Source of the DNA: Daphnia carinata
Taxonomy: Eukaryota
Direction: 5' to 3'
NCBI RefSeq assembly: GCF_022539665.2
Contig: NC_081333.1
Span: forward strand, 3,596,001 to 3,660,000
Length of the DNA stretch: 64,000 nucleotides
This document shows, piece by piece, positions 1 through 12,803 of the stretch (position 1 is its first letter; each line of letters starts with the position of its first letter). The translations under genes and the position numbers were made by a program. The notes beneath the pieces are model-generated. The model was not told the DNA's origin. It made no database searches and was given only the letters and a program-made list of their open reading frames with translations.

Positions 1-1685
1 CCATTTCATAGTGGGACGTGGGGCTTTGATTAATATTGCCATAAAGACTCCCGAAAATGGGTGTGGTACGGAAACCCAGAAATGGCATGAGTTCAACATC
101 AAACATGGATTAGGTACTTTTCGGTTTTTTGTCTACCGAAAAAGTATTTTTAATTCTATTATTTTGCATTCACAGAATTTTAGCGGGGGATCAAGTCAAG
201 TCTGGAAGTGTTACAGGAAGGAAGAGTGAGCCTACAGTTGAAAAAACACTGAGAGTGCATTACCATTAAGGTATGAGGTAAAGTAATAGAGTATGCACAT
301 TGTCAAATGAGAAGTACCATCTTGTGTAAATGAATCCTGTATAACAGCAATCCTTTATAATTCTGTCACAGCTAGAAGCCTCAAATAATTCTGCTTTTGT
401 TGCTAAAGAACAACTTGTCCTTTATGTTCAGAGTGTTGGTGAAGCTGGGTACTTAAATGGCCCTAAAGATGTTTCACTTTGCTGGCATTGCAGCGATGAA
501 CATCATATATGGACTCTTTAGGAATGAAAGGAATTTTCTTGAAAAAATTTTGAATTTATGATGAATTATTTCTCCTCCTTTTTGCCAACCATGTTTAATC
601 TACAAAAAAAAAAATTATCCAATAGGAAAGGATTTTCAGCATACTGGGAACACAACTATCAACAATGCAACATTCTACGGGTGCTATTTTATCATTCAAG
701 AGCCTTATACAATGATGTTCATCTGCAATTTGTATGGCCTTTCCCAAGCTTCTGCCAGAAGTTGAATCTATGAGTCATGTAAGTCACATGAGCAACAATT
801 GAGATGCTTAATGCTGTCGTTTTTCTTTTCTCAGTATAGGCTAATAGTAACATTGGATCTGAAAAGATTCTTGGTTGGGGCAAGACACTGAATAAATTGT
901 AATGATTGGATGGATGACATGACATTTCTATACTTCATTCAGATTCCCGAGACGGTATTTTATATTTAAAAAATTGAAGTGCATATCTGGGCTCCCTTCC
1001 TTTCCGTAGCCCCGTTTCCCCTTGACTCGTAATAAGCCCGTAGGGGGTCATGCCCCTACTGTACGGTATATATAAAAATAACATATACCGAGGTTTGGAG
1101 GGCTCTGGCCGGAAAGGGGACGTGGGGGGTCCGCTTAGTCCGATGATGTGTTCACGGAGGGCGACGTGGCTACCCACAAATCCGAACTAAAGGTTAATCG
1201 CTCCAGTAAAAATGTTCCAAATCTTCGGCTCTTCTTCCGGCTTCTCTTAGCCAATCACCGGGTAATCTCCCCGGTGGGTCAACAAGGCAGTGTCTCCCCC
1301 TGCCTGGGTTGACGGCAACTTTTGAAAGGGCTGTTGTGCCTTTTTAAAGTTGCAAAAATAATTGTAATGTGCAGAGAATTGTCAATAAAATTTTTTTTAT
1401 AAAATATTTTTTCCAAAATTTGTTTTTTTCATTGTCTGGTTTTCGCCTCGTTCATACATTCCATGTAGCAATTTTTTTAAGTTCACCTTTATTTGTTTTG
1501 CCAGCTTTGATGGTAAGCATTGGCCCACGTTGGATGGTAAGTATTGTTTCCATTAGTTTATCGTTTATCTGTAAGTATTCAATTATTATTTATTACACTC
1601 TTTGAATTCTTCAACTTAGATTCAAGGAACAACGTATAATACTTGGATAATTTCTCATGTACTCTTGTATTTGTATTTTATTTTA

Positions 1686-1755
1686 CTCGTACGGGAACCG
1701 ATCCCCAGCCATTCAGCGTGCAACGCCGATGCTCTTCATCATTGAGCCACAAGAC
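1686..1755 (-). ncRNA. tRNA-derived (Pol III A/B-box) cassette a, degenerate; not a canonical tRNA
   Basis: Minus strand reads TGTG-GCTCAATGATGAAGAGC-A-TCGGC-GTTGCAC-GCTGA-ATGGC-TGGGGATCGGTTCCC. This gives D-arm, anticodon-arm (TGC in the loop) and T-arm-like parts, with a weak acceptor stem. Confidence 0.55.
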
Positions 1756-1851
1756 ATATATACACATTATATATCGAATATCATATGTTATCGTCTACAT
1801 GTTTATGCAGTCTTTCAGAATTATATGTTTATCTGTCTATTGTTTTCACAA

Positions 1852-1921
1852 GGTCTATAGCTCTGCGGTAGAGCCTTCAGCTGCGATATCTGTTATCCTG
1901 GGTTCAAACCTCAATAGATAT
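1852..1921 (+). ncRNA. tRNA-derived cassette b, degenerate
   Basis: GGTCTATA-GCTCTGCGGTAGAGC...GGGTTCAAACCTC-AATAGAT shows an A box, a B box and acceptor-like pairing GTCTAT/ATAGAT. Confidence 0.6.
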
Positions 1922-2037
1922 ATAAAAATGAAGCACAATAGATGAAGAAAAGAATTTTGCAGTACTGCATTTCAGTTTTATTCTAAGTGTAAATGCAAGT
2001 CCGCAAGTGACTAGAAAAGAGCCAACTTGATATCATA

Positions 2038-2105
2038 TGATTCCTGGCTCACTGGTAGAGCATTGGCGCAGGATGCCGAACAACCAGGGTTCGATCCCTA
2101 GATAA
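2038..2105 (+). ncRNA. tRNA-derived cassette c, degenerate
   Basis: TGGCTCACTGGTAGAGC-A-TTGGC-GCAGGAT-GCCGA-ACAAC-CAGGGTTCGATCCCT shows an A box, an anticodon-like stem and the B box GGTTCGATCC. Confidence 0.6.
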
Positions 2106-3009
2106 TAATTGAGTAATTACAGATGCATGATAAACCAATGGAAAAAAACTTATCATCAAATGTGACTCAGTGCTTACCATCAAAGGTGGCATAAACAATA
2201 AAAGTGCATTGAGCAAGCCATATAAAAAAAAAAAGTTGCTACATGGAATGTATGAACGCGGCGAAAACCAGACAATGAAAAAAACAAATTTTGGAAAAAA
2301 TATTTTATAAAAAAAATTTTATTGACAATTCTCTGCACATTACAATTATTTTTGCAACTTTAAAAAGGCACAACAGCCCTTTCAAAAGTTGCCGTCAACC
2401 CAGGCAGGGGGAGACACTGCCTTGTTGACCCACCGGGGAGATTACCCGGTGATTGGCTAAGAGAAGCCGGAAGAAGAGCTGAAGATTTGGAACATTTTTA
2501 CAGGAGCGATTAACCTTTAGTTCGGATTTGTGGGCAGCCACGTCACCCTCCGTGAACACATCATCGGACTAAGCGGCACCCCACGTCCCCTTTCCGGCCA
2601 GAGCCCTCCAAACCTCGGTATATGTTATTTTTATATATACCGTACAGTAGGGGCATGACCCCCTACGGGCTTATTACGAGTCAAGGGGAAACGGGGCTAC
2701 GGAAAGGAAGGGAGCCCAGATATGCACTTCAATTTATGAAAAATTAAATACCGTTTTTAAACGAGAATCTAAATGATGTATGGAAATTCCATGTAGTGTA
2801 TCCAAACATAATAATTTATTCAGGACCTTGCCCCAAACAAGAAACCTTTTCAGATCGATATTTATTGTTCATCTATAATAAGACAGTAAAACAGCATTAG
2901 GCATAAAAACTCTTAATTCATATATACAGGTCATACCTTACATGATTCGTGAGTTGATTGCGAGCATATTCTTCTGTCAGAAGCTTCGGAAGAGACATTT
3001 ACGATTTTC

Positions 3010-3835
3010 GTTTACGCTCACCATGGATGCTGGTAGACTAGACATTTAAAGTTAAGAAACTTAGCCCAATTCCAACAGTTTTGATTCTTACTTGTAAGTT
3101 GTTATTGCACTAGAATGCAGCGACGAAATCCGCGGTCTTTTTGCTGTTGACAAAAAGGATAGTCTTGGCACCACCGAGATCTTGTAAAACTTCGATCAGC
3201 TTAGCTCTCTTATCTCTTTTCGAGCACTGAAAAAACAGCTGTTCAACATCCGGATTGGTGCCCCCGACAATGCCTGTTGTGGCGAATATGTAGTCTTCCA
3301 TGTACGTCGCAGCCAGCGCTTGCACTTCATCTGGGAATGTAGCCGAAAACATACAAACACGACGGATTCCCTACAGAGAAACAAATAGTATTAATCAGTC
3401 AAATCTCATACTCAAAAGCCATCGAGGACATACTTTCGGATGCATCGTTGGATGATTGACAATTTTTTCAGCATTGGGACCGAAACCCATATCAAGCATT
3501 CGATCAACTTCGTCCAAAATTTAAAACCTGACTCCCGAGAAGTCAAATACTTCACGGTAGAAAAAATCATTAAATCGCCCCGCGGTCGCGACAAAAATGT
3601 TGCACCCAGCTTGAAGATTTGACCGTTGATGGCTCGTGAGAGTTCCTCCATATATAATCACAGACTTTAAAACCGTACTGTAGGAGAATTTACACGCCTT
3701 GCGGTGAATTTGAATAGCCAATTCACGAGTGGGTGCGACAATTACAACTTCTGGCTTTTTCCCCATGGCATGAGACGCACCGACAACACCTTGTTCTAAC
3801 AATATGTTCATAACCGGTACCAAGTACGCCGCCTG
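3010..3835 (-). pseudogene. vasa: Vasa/DDX4-type DEAD-box helicase fragment (pseudogene)
   Basis: Motifs APTRELAIQI, YGG, ATAGR (TPGR altered), ILDEVDRMLDMGF (DEAD altered), MFSATFP, GIVGG, LFVNSKKTADFVAAF and STSIHGER. In-frame stops at 3521-3523 and 3110-3112. Introns are retained and both termini are missing. Confidence 0.85.
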
Positions 3836-4327
3836 CATGAAAAAAATGTAAAATTTTAGATGACTTAATCAATGAATATCACGAAGGCTTTGTTGCAGCC
3901 AAAGGGTTAACTCACACAAACAAAAAACAAAACAATACCACAATGAATAAGACGTTCCGCGATGATGTTCCGTGTCATAGCCTTGGGTCGTTTTGGAGCC
4001 ATATACCTTCCGGAATGACAGCTATCGGTATTAGAAGCTACCTGAATGACGAAACATAAATTATCAGAATACTGAAATTATTACTAACTGGAAGCCAATA
4101 TAACATACGTTGTTCATGCCGCACGGGAATGAGGACTTCAGCACATGTCTAGGACGATGACGATGAGGCAGCAAGGAGGAATGGTTGAGATGATATCCAA
4201 TGATGAAGATTTGAAGCTCTAAGATTTCAAAACGATTTAACTTCCTGTAAGAATAAAGATAATACATTATGTTATTACATATGATACATGATATGAGGTA
4301 GTAGTCTATGGATAATGGTCAGCTCAG

Positions 4328-4676
4328 CAGTGAAGTTACAAAGAAGGATTAATGGGAAGTTGGTAGATGATGGTTGGCACTACACAGAGCGCTAAGATTC
4401 TCTGATTGCAGGATGATATCCATCATTTAACTAAAACCCTGCTACACGCTAATAACAATTTTTCCAATCAGATGATGCTGTTCAAGTCTTAATATTGATG
4501 GTTTACCGTCAGTGTAAGTTATGAAGAAGGATAAATGGAAAGTGGTTCGATGATAGATGGCACAGCACAATAGACTAAGATTCTGTGATTGAGGGATGAT
4601 ATCCACCATTTAACTAAAGCACAGCTACAGGCTGATAAAAATTCTTAGAATTAGATAATGTTGTAAGTTTTAATAA
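4328..4676 (+). repeat. Diverged tandem duplication, two units of about 182 bp
   Basis: 4328-4494 and 4510-4676 share blocks such as gaaggat-aatgg, ctaagattct-tgattg and gatgatatcca-catttaactaaa. Confidence 0.75.
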
Positions 4677-5029
4677 CCTATGGTCATGATGGCTTACTTT
4701 CGATCTAAGGATTATTTCAGTGATTTGTGTTAAAATTCGTCACACAGTTTCAAGAAATGCCCAATATCTCTTTCAGCAGCTTGGATTGGTGATGACAACT
4801 CAAACTATTGCACACAAAAACCAGTTTTTTTTATGTTTTGCAATTCTAAACACATTTCTAATGACGAAACCAATTACATTTAAGGTGAACAATCCTTAGA
4901 AACCACAAAAATTAAGAAATACTTGTAACACAAATTTCACACGTTACTTCGTCACGCAGCCATAATGGAGGACACCAGCAGCGCCATCTAATGTTCAAAT
5001 CGATAACCCGAGTTTGCTTGAGATTCTGC

Positions 5030-5600
5030 ATATTTGACTAGCGTGCCAGTATGCTAGAGCGCTAGCGTTGTGCAGCAGAAATATTCCGTATATTTCCAAT
5101 TATTCCTAAATAAAAATTTTATGGGAAACACCATTCAATTTTAAGTATATCCTATGACATTCAACCAATTTGGACGAGTGCCGGTTTTCGCAGAAAAAAT
5201 TTTAAGCCCGACTAAATATAAGCCCGACTTTTCTTACTTTTGGCACGAATATTCATTTTAATTTAAAAACGGCTAACTTGACAAGAAAACGAGTGGCTTT
5301 TTCCGAATCAGCGTTAAATTGTGAATATACTGTGTGATTTTCATGGAGTTCTAAGAGATTTCGCTTTTTGCTGATTTTGGCAAAAAGAAAAGTGGGAAGG
5401 CAACATGCCTTCCTACTTTTTCACTTTTGGCTAAATTTTAAATTTCACATAAAATACAGGATTTCGATTCAGAATTGAATGCTTATAACGAAATCAAATT
5501 TATTTTTCAATTGGCCTTATGGTTTTCTAATTAAACGTAAAAAAAGAAAACAAATTTAAGCCCGACTTACTTAGTCGTTGGTGGCACCCTGACATTGGCT
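5030..5600. repeat. Degenerate dispersed repeat or TE remnant with recurring AAGCCCGACT motif
   Basis: AAGCCCGACT at about 5204, 5220, 5558 and 46880. Hairpin aaaagtgggaaggca/tgccttcctactttt at about 5388-5420. 5459-5545 is the reverse complement of about 46900-46987. Confidence 0.5.
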
Positions 5601-6565
5601 GGTTGGATTGGGATTGGCATGGGAGAATGAAATCACAGTGTTTTTGTTCTCAATGCAGGATTGAAGTGGAAAATAATTCCCTAGCTAGAAGAAATTCTTC
5701 TGTGCGTACAAAAAACAAATCAAATTTGCTTTCATACCATTTTTAAATTTTAAAATGATTTGATGAAACAAGTGACACCTGTTCATGTATTCAGTTGAAG
5801 TATAAGATTCTTCCGATTCTCCATTTTTGTTTGTATACCTCAAAACAAAGACTTTAATCCAATAAATAAATCTACATAAACTGGTACCTTACATGTATCA
5901 ACCAAATTCAATCTTTTTAAACACACAGATCTATCTCTGTGATTCTGCTCTTTGTCAATCCGATTAGAATTACTTAATATACGAAACAAATGCGCTGGAA
6001 ATGTTGACATCTGTCTGGCGCTTCCGCATGTAGTGGGTGCATAATGTCTTGCATGTTTTATTGAATAGGCAAATTTGAATAAGCTCACAAAGCAGCTGTT
6101 GCCATTAGTTTAGCGGATAGAGCGTTGTCATTGAAAAATGTGAGAAGATTTATTACAATCCGACTCTTGCATGTTTATTTACGGAATTGTTGTCTAGATA
6201 AGAGAGCATACAAAATAAAAAAAGGAAAATAAAGTCCCTTTAAGCCGGCTGTTGCTTACTGGAACTTTCTCCAGGGTTATACAGTCATCAAGTGCTACTT
6301 GTAATATCTTATAATAATAAAAATAACAATAAAACGAATCAAAAATTAAACGACAGGGGTCTTATAAAACAACAAGAGGAAAAACATCCATGATAACAGA
6401 TGATATTACCCTACTATACTTCTATGAACATGAATATATTACTAATGACTTATCGTATAAAAGAAAAGAAAAAGCTGAACAATAATTAATTCCTTATCCC
6501 CGAACAAAAAAATTTAAAAAAAAATCAAAAAAAATACTTAATTAAGTGTGGATTCTGTTGTTCAT

Positions 6566-9500
6566 TCAGACTTGAGTGCCGTAGGAGGTGGAGTGATGGC
6601 TGACACTGCTGGGCCCCACGACATCACGAGCCGTCAAAGATATTTGCGACAAATTCCGAGGATCGCTCGTATCTTCCGGTGTAAACATTTTCACCAGTCG
6701 CTATAAACAAATGATCATTCTGTTCAGTTTTTCAATGAATCATAAAGGTAGTACGTCTGAAACAACGAACCTGCGTAAAAGATCCTTTCGTAATGCCGAA
6801 TTTGTAAATCAGGTAAATGGGAATGCAAGAGAGCGGAATGGCTGTGAGAACCCAACCGACTTTGATGGACCAAGCCGGGTAGGTGTAGTCTTGCGTATCC
6901 AGCGGCACCGGATCGATCAGAGTGCAGATGAAAATAACCTAAACAAAGCGATGGCGACATGAAGTTACTCCACGTATTTGGACGTCAGAAACAGAGTAGT
7001 GTAATTAATTACCAAAATAAAAATGGGGCTGACATAAGCCCAAGTGATCTTCCAAAAGGGTCCAGGTTGAAATCCCAGCATGGATTCGATATCGTTGGAG
7101 AATCTCTGTGTGCCATAACACCAACTCACGCCCATTGCTTCCACAAACACCAAGAAAAGGATGGCAATGCCTGGGCCGTAGACGTTCAGTAAATCCACCA
7201 AATACATTCCGCCCTGTTCCATAATAAAATCATGACTTCTACATATTTATCTAAGGGAGATTATAATTAGCCTTCCTTACATAGGTGGTGGTTGGTAGAG
7301 CGCACAGGTATATGAAAACGAGTAATATTCCAACAAATAATTCCCGCCGCCGGCCCAGCAGAGCTGGGTACTCATCGCATAGGCCAGTAATCATTGCCTC
7401 TAACCCACCAAACGTGCTATCCAATCCTAAACGTAAATTAAAGATAACGTGGAATACACGTAACCAGTCTGAAGCTATGTGATTAAATATTACCTAGAGT
7501 AATCAATAGGAAAAAGAATATCATGGACCAAAAAGTCGATCCAGCCATAGTAGCTATTGCTTCCGGATAAACGACGAAAACTAATCCGGGACCTAGATAA
7601 GATCGAACAAAACCTCAAATTCTGCGATGCATCTTCAATGCAAAGTGAATAAGCAAACCTTCGAGGCCAAGTTGATCGATAGTGACGTTCCTGATTTCTG
7701 CCATATAACCGAGTACAGCAAAAATGACAAAGCCGGCCAACAAGCTGGTGGCCAGATTGATGGAGCTTGTCAACAAAGCGTCACTGCATCCCAGGCAAAA
7801 AAAAAAAAAAAAAAAAAAGATTACACACACGGATGATTAAGGCTTTGTCGATTGGCATTATACACCCCTCTAGCTGTACATTGTGAGAAGGTTTTCCATT
7901 CAAGTGGCATTTTGTCAACGATCGAGAGCTCATTTCGAACAACAAGAGAGATTAGACCGAAAAACAGGGGAAGCAGAGACTCACTAGAAGCAATTGTTGT
8001 GGAACTTGTTGTAGCTGGAGAGGGCCAACAAGGTGCCGAAACCAGGTCCCAGTGAGAAAAAGACTTGCGACGCCGCATCCGTCCACACCTGTCGTATTAC
8101 CATCACCGAAATCAAATTTATTGCTATGCGTTTTATTTAGGGGCAGTCAGATTGAGCGTGTTGATAAGGAACACGCCACACAAGGCCAAGCAAGACGTTA
8201 ATTCTATTATTATTACAAATGCTGAAGCATTCACACATCTACTACTAATGGAGATAGGGTAACTTAGTGCACTCTTGAAATTTAATTACATAATTTCATT
8301 GCTACCCTTATTTTATCATCCAAACTGTCCTCATATTCGATTAAATGCGTCTACAGGCATCGAACGATGTAAAGCAATTTGTTCTTTCATCAAAGAAGGC
8401 CGTCTTACATCCTAGTTTCCTAACCCATATTACAAACTTTAATCAAAATTCAAGTGAAATGTTCAAATCCCGCTAAGAAACGAATTCTTTAAATTTCATT
8501 CGGTAGGACTATTTTTAGCTATAGCCATTTAATGAAAAAAAAAAAAATAATAAAGAATGAAAAGAATAAAACGGATGAAAAATAACCTTTGTTTCAGCCA
8601 GTTTACTCCACTGGGGCGTGAGGAAGTAGAGGATGCCATCGCCGGCTCCGGGCAGTGATGCGCCGCGGATGAGAAGGATGATCAGGACAATATAAGGGGC
8701 TACGGCCGTGATCCATACGGCCTAGATTTCCGCACCACATCCAAACAGACCGAGAGAGAATAAAAAAAAAGAGAAAATTAAAAACGTGAATACGATGAAA
8801 CGACATTTCAAGTGGATATTTCCAATTTCTGAGAGAAAATCACGCTCTCTCGACTCTCTCAAGTTATCAAGTCCCTCCCATCTAGCTCTATTCAATATGG
8901 TGATGAGGAAACAGAGGAAAGGTAGCAGTGCGGGGTGATGGTATGCGAATGTGGAGTGGCTTAACAAACACACTCTAAAGACGATATTGTTCCAATCAAG
9001 CTGAGCGACGCTCCCGAGTGCCAAAATAATGGAATACACAAGAACAGAAGACTACTACTACTACCAGATCAGAAAGCAATACGCCGTTTCACAGTCGATT
9101 ACATTAGGGAGTCTGTGCGATCCTTAATTCTATTTGTTTTCAAGGGGAGAAAAAAAAGAAGGCGAAAATAAATAAGCAGTTCCGAGAGAGGAGTGTTAGT
9201 CCCGGTCAGCGAAAACAATCGGGAAAAAAAAAAAAAGATACGTATACTCTGCCAAATGAGTTTGGTTGGCGAAGATAGATTTAATCTATAGATAGTCCGG
9301 AGGAGGCAGACGAGTCAAAGAAAAGAAGGCTGGGATCGATCCAATAACAAGCGGAAGAGAGGAATCCGGAAAAAGAAGGAGTTGAGTAGCCCAATCAGAT
9401 CGAATACACGTATGTGCCGATGATGCTGGTGCGCATCATATCGAAAACATTTTCAAACGAAACGGGCGGGGATGAAACAAAATGCAGTTACTTTGCCAGT

Positions 9501-10725
9501 TGATCGGACTCCCTTCCACAGGGAGAAGTAGACGAGCACGAAGACGGCCAGGACGCAGAGCGCTAGAGACCATTTGATTGGGCCGAGATCGTCCATCCCG
9601 TCCGACAGGTAATTCTCCAACACGTTCCGCCTAAAAAGATGTTGGAATAATGAACATCTTCAAATTGGGGCAATGACAACATTTGACTCTTTTTGAAGAT
9701 GAAGGGAGAAGGGTGTTACTCAAAATATTCCTGGGCGGGACTGCGGACGAATGTGCCGTTATCAACGGGTCCAACCAGCGCGCAACTATTGGTATTCCAC
9801 GGGTGGTCGCACGACGTCCACGGTAATTCGGACGTGAACGAGGCAACAAAATAATAGACAGCCCAGCCGATGATTGTGTTATAGTACATGCCCATGTAGA
9901 AATCGATGATGCAAATTGCGTATCCCACTCCTACGAAAGCCGGGAAGAATTACATAAAGAGATTTCAATTTTTTTCCCTGTTTCGCCTAATTAATTAAAT
10001 ATTGGTAGATCAGAATGTCCTTTTGGTACATACCTTTAAGTGCGGGACAGATACGTCTCCAGAGGGTGAGACAGCCACTGCGATGAAATTGACCCAGGGC
10101 AAGCTCCATGTAGAATAAGGGCAGACCACCAAAGACCATCATTACGACATACGGAATGAGAAATGCACCTTTAAAAAATATCTAATTATTCACCGCATTC
10201 ATAAAAATTTAAGAATTAAAGGCAATTTACCTCCGCCGTTTTTGTAGCCTGCGAACAGAAAATAAAAATATATTTAGTAGGAAATCTAATTTTTTAAAAA
10301 TCAAATTTATACGTACAGATATAAGGAAATCGCCAAACGTTGCCAAGATCGACGGCGAAACCGATGACGGCCAGAAGGAATTCGGCTTTTTTGGCCCATG
10401 TTTCGCGCTCCTCTAGGGCCGGCAAGGGACTCGTTTCCGGCCGGAGGCTTCCGGCACTTGCCGCCGTTTCCGAGAGGAAACAAACGATTTGCGCTTTGTC
10501 TTCGTCGTCGTCGGGATGATGATTTAGTTGGATGAGCTCTTGCTGTTCATCCGCTCCGGAACCCTTGCCGGACAGGGTGGTTTCTTTGGCCATCTTGGCC
10601 AGCTGCTTTAGACTCTCAACCGATGCTGAAGACGACGAACTGTTTGCGCTATTTCCGCACTGGAGCTTATCTCCGCCGCCCTCCACTACCGTCCCGTTGA
10701 TGGCGCTCGCGTTCTCCGGGAGCAT
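6566..10725 (-). CDS. SerT: Sodium-dependent serotonin transporter (SLC6A4 family), multi-exon
   Basis: [44 protein letters not shown] with the monoamine-transporter TM1 Asp, [54 protein letters not shown] and [12 protein letters not shown]. Includes an 18-nt microexon at 10231-10248 and ends GTQV-stop. Confidence 0.93.
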
Positions 10726-12803
10726 CGGGGTATCTCAAGCGGGTCCCCCCCCCTCCCTCAAAACCTTTTTTATTCAGTTATTTATTGTTATTTTGTCAAC
10801 CACTTAAAAGCATCGTCCGATCAACAGGCCTTTTTTTAAAAAAGATTCACTGATACCGGCCAATGACCAAACAATTAAACTTATTAAGAACGTCCTGTGT
10901 TTCCAACTGGACATTAGGCCTACACACAAAATTTGGATTCGATTTCCAACTTACCATGCGCTTAGAAAAAAAAAAAAGAACTAGATATTATTGCGTAGTT
11001 AAGTACATGACGGATAGTACTGGCCCAACGACGTAAACTGGAACAGCGCACAAACGGTAGGCGACTGACCCGGCAGAGTGGCGGGAAACGAATCATCTAC
11101 GAGGACGTAGTCATCGCCAAACACTGCGGGTACTAAAAAAAAAAATGTGAAACGGCGCCGCTCCTCTTCCATAAAGGCAAGAAAAAACAAGAGGCTCGAT
11201 GAGTCAAAAGAGTTGGCCGTTTCGGTCCCACCCTCTTTTTTTTTTCGAGTCCTTTTTCTTCCACGCCGGCGCTCTCTCTCCTTCCATATTGTATTCATCG
11301 GGTTCAACTCGCTCGAATTCTCTAACGAGAAAACACATCAACTGCGTTAGTTCTGACATTGCAATGAAACATATGTAGCAATCAACAACCTGCTAACTTG
11401 TTAGGGTCTTTTATTTGGACAATAGATGCAATCAGGCACCTATTCTTCTTAATAGACAGATTTGTACGATGGTACACTGCGCATTCTATATCCAAATCCG
11501 GATAATAGCGCATATCTATAGAAATATATCTAAAAAGAAAAGAAAGTAAATCAACCTGATGCTTGTGAACGTTGAAAAGAAAAACTTACGGATGGAGAAA
11601 CAAACGTCTCGTATCTCTTTTCGCTCCTGTGGGACACAAGCGTTTATCTTCCGCTTAGCTGGATCCTCCCTCCACCCGCTGGATGGCTTTTAACGCCATT
11701 TTTTTCTTCGCGATGCGGCCAAGTGAGTCTTTTCTCAAGTCGACGAGCTCTTGATTGTATTTCTCCATTCTGATATGCTAATGGCGCTGATACATGGGGT
11801 GGGGTTTGGGAAGGCAGTTGGGTTTCCCTATCTCTCCTCCCCCTACTCGGCTGTCCTTCCAGTCAGCAGGGAGAGGCACTACATCATCGTGACCGACATC
11901 CTCCTTGGACGCCGATCGTCTAGATTGGATTTTTGCTCGCCCCATGTCCATAAAGACTGACCTCACGATTTGCATTCAATTAGAATGGAACGTGAGAGAG
12001 GGGGCAAGTTGGAGCGATCTACGGCCTCGTTTGACAGACCAGACTTTATCGTTGGAACAATTTCAACAATAATAGGGGAAGAAAACAATGCAGAAAAGAA
12101 AATGCCGGATGATGGCGTTTGTTCGGCCCCCCAAAACGAAACAAAAGAAAAGCGAGAGGGAACTCTCTTTTTCGTACTCTTTCCTCTCTGTTCAGAGATC
12201 TCGGCCGATCTATTGGCACCATTATAAGAAACGCACGATTTCGGACTTAAAGACAAAGGAGATCACGGACGGAGCTATCACTATCAATCACCAGATAAAG
12301 GTAGAATGTACTCAGACATCATTGACAGCTGTCTTTCGAACGGGATAACTCAGAACTTGGAAAACATTCAGGTTATCGACAGTTGAAGCGTCAATTGCCG
12401 GTAATTCCAAATCATTTACAAAGTCATGCACGATTTTTTGTAAAACTACTTACTCTATTATACTGGAACGTAATTTTCGGTCATTCGTATAAAATGCCAG
12501 GGAAGCGAAAATTGGTTAAAACTTAAATGTTATGTACCAGTTCGACGACATGTTTCACTGTGGGCACCTGGATGTGTTAAAAACAAAACGAAACTACTTA
12601 AATATTAATAACAAAATTTTTTAAATTTAACATTCCCTTTTCTTGAAAAGACGTCATCAGGTCGGTTCGACCGATGGTCGGAAAACAAAAGTGTATTCCG
12701 CTCGTCAATTCTCGATATCGAGTTTCATCGATTGAAGTATACACACAGGACCAGCGATGCATATGGGGTGGGGGAATACCAACATAAGGAAGTCAGAATG
12801 TTA

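Larger units (their letters stand above)
51..3005. mobile_element. Foldback (palindromic) element, copy 1, truncated on both sides
   Basis: 972-1471 is a near-perfect reverse complement of 2236-2735. Weaker inverted homology continues outward (about 735-970 vs 2735-3000) and inward (about 1480-1590 vs 2103-2225). The whole structure recurs at 47139-52469. Confidence 0.85.

Noticed and set aside
935..1177. Outward-reading ORFs in the arms (e.g. MGSHVALREH..., MSCHPSN...)
   Set aside because: They overlap the hairpin block or are antisense to the spliced arm gene, and their lengths and frames differ among copies.
1686..2105. Functional tRNA genes, or a mitochondrial insertion using TGA as Trp
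   Set aside because: Acceptor and T stems are imperfect and one anticodon loop varies between copies. The arm gene has spliceosomal introns and no resemblance to mitochondrial genes.
2470..2530. Hammerhead ribozyme core (CTGAAGA) in the arm, suggesting a Penelope-like element
   Set aside because: No stem II followed by GAAA, the CTGA is not conserved in all arms (CCGAAGA in two), and there is no RT remnant.
4328..4676. Tandem C/D snoRNAs or a CRISPR-like array
   Set aside because: Only two diverged units are present, the C/D-like motifs are too close and not conserved, and there is no repeat-spacer structure.
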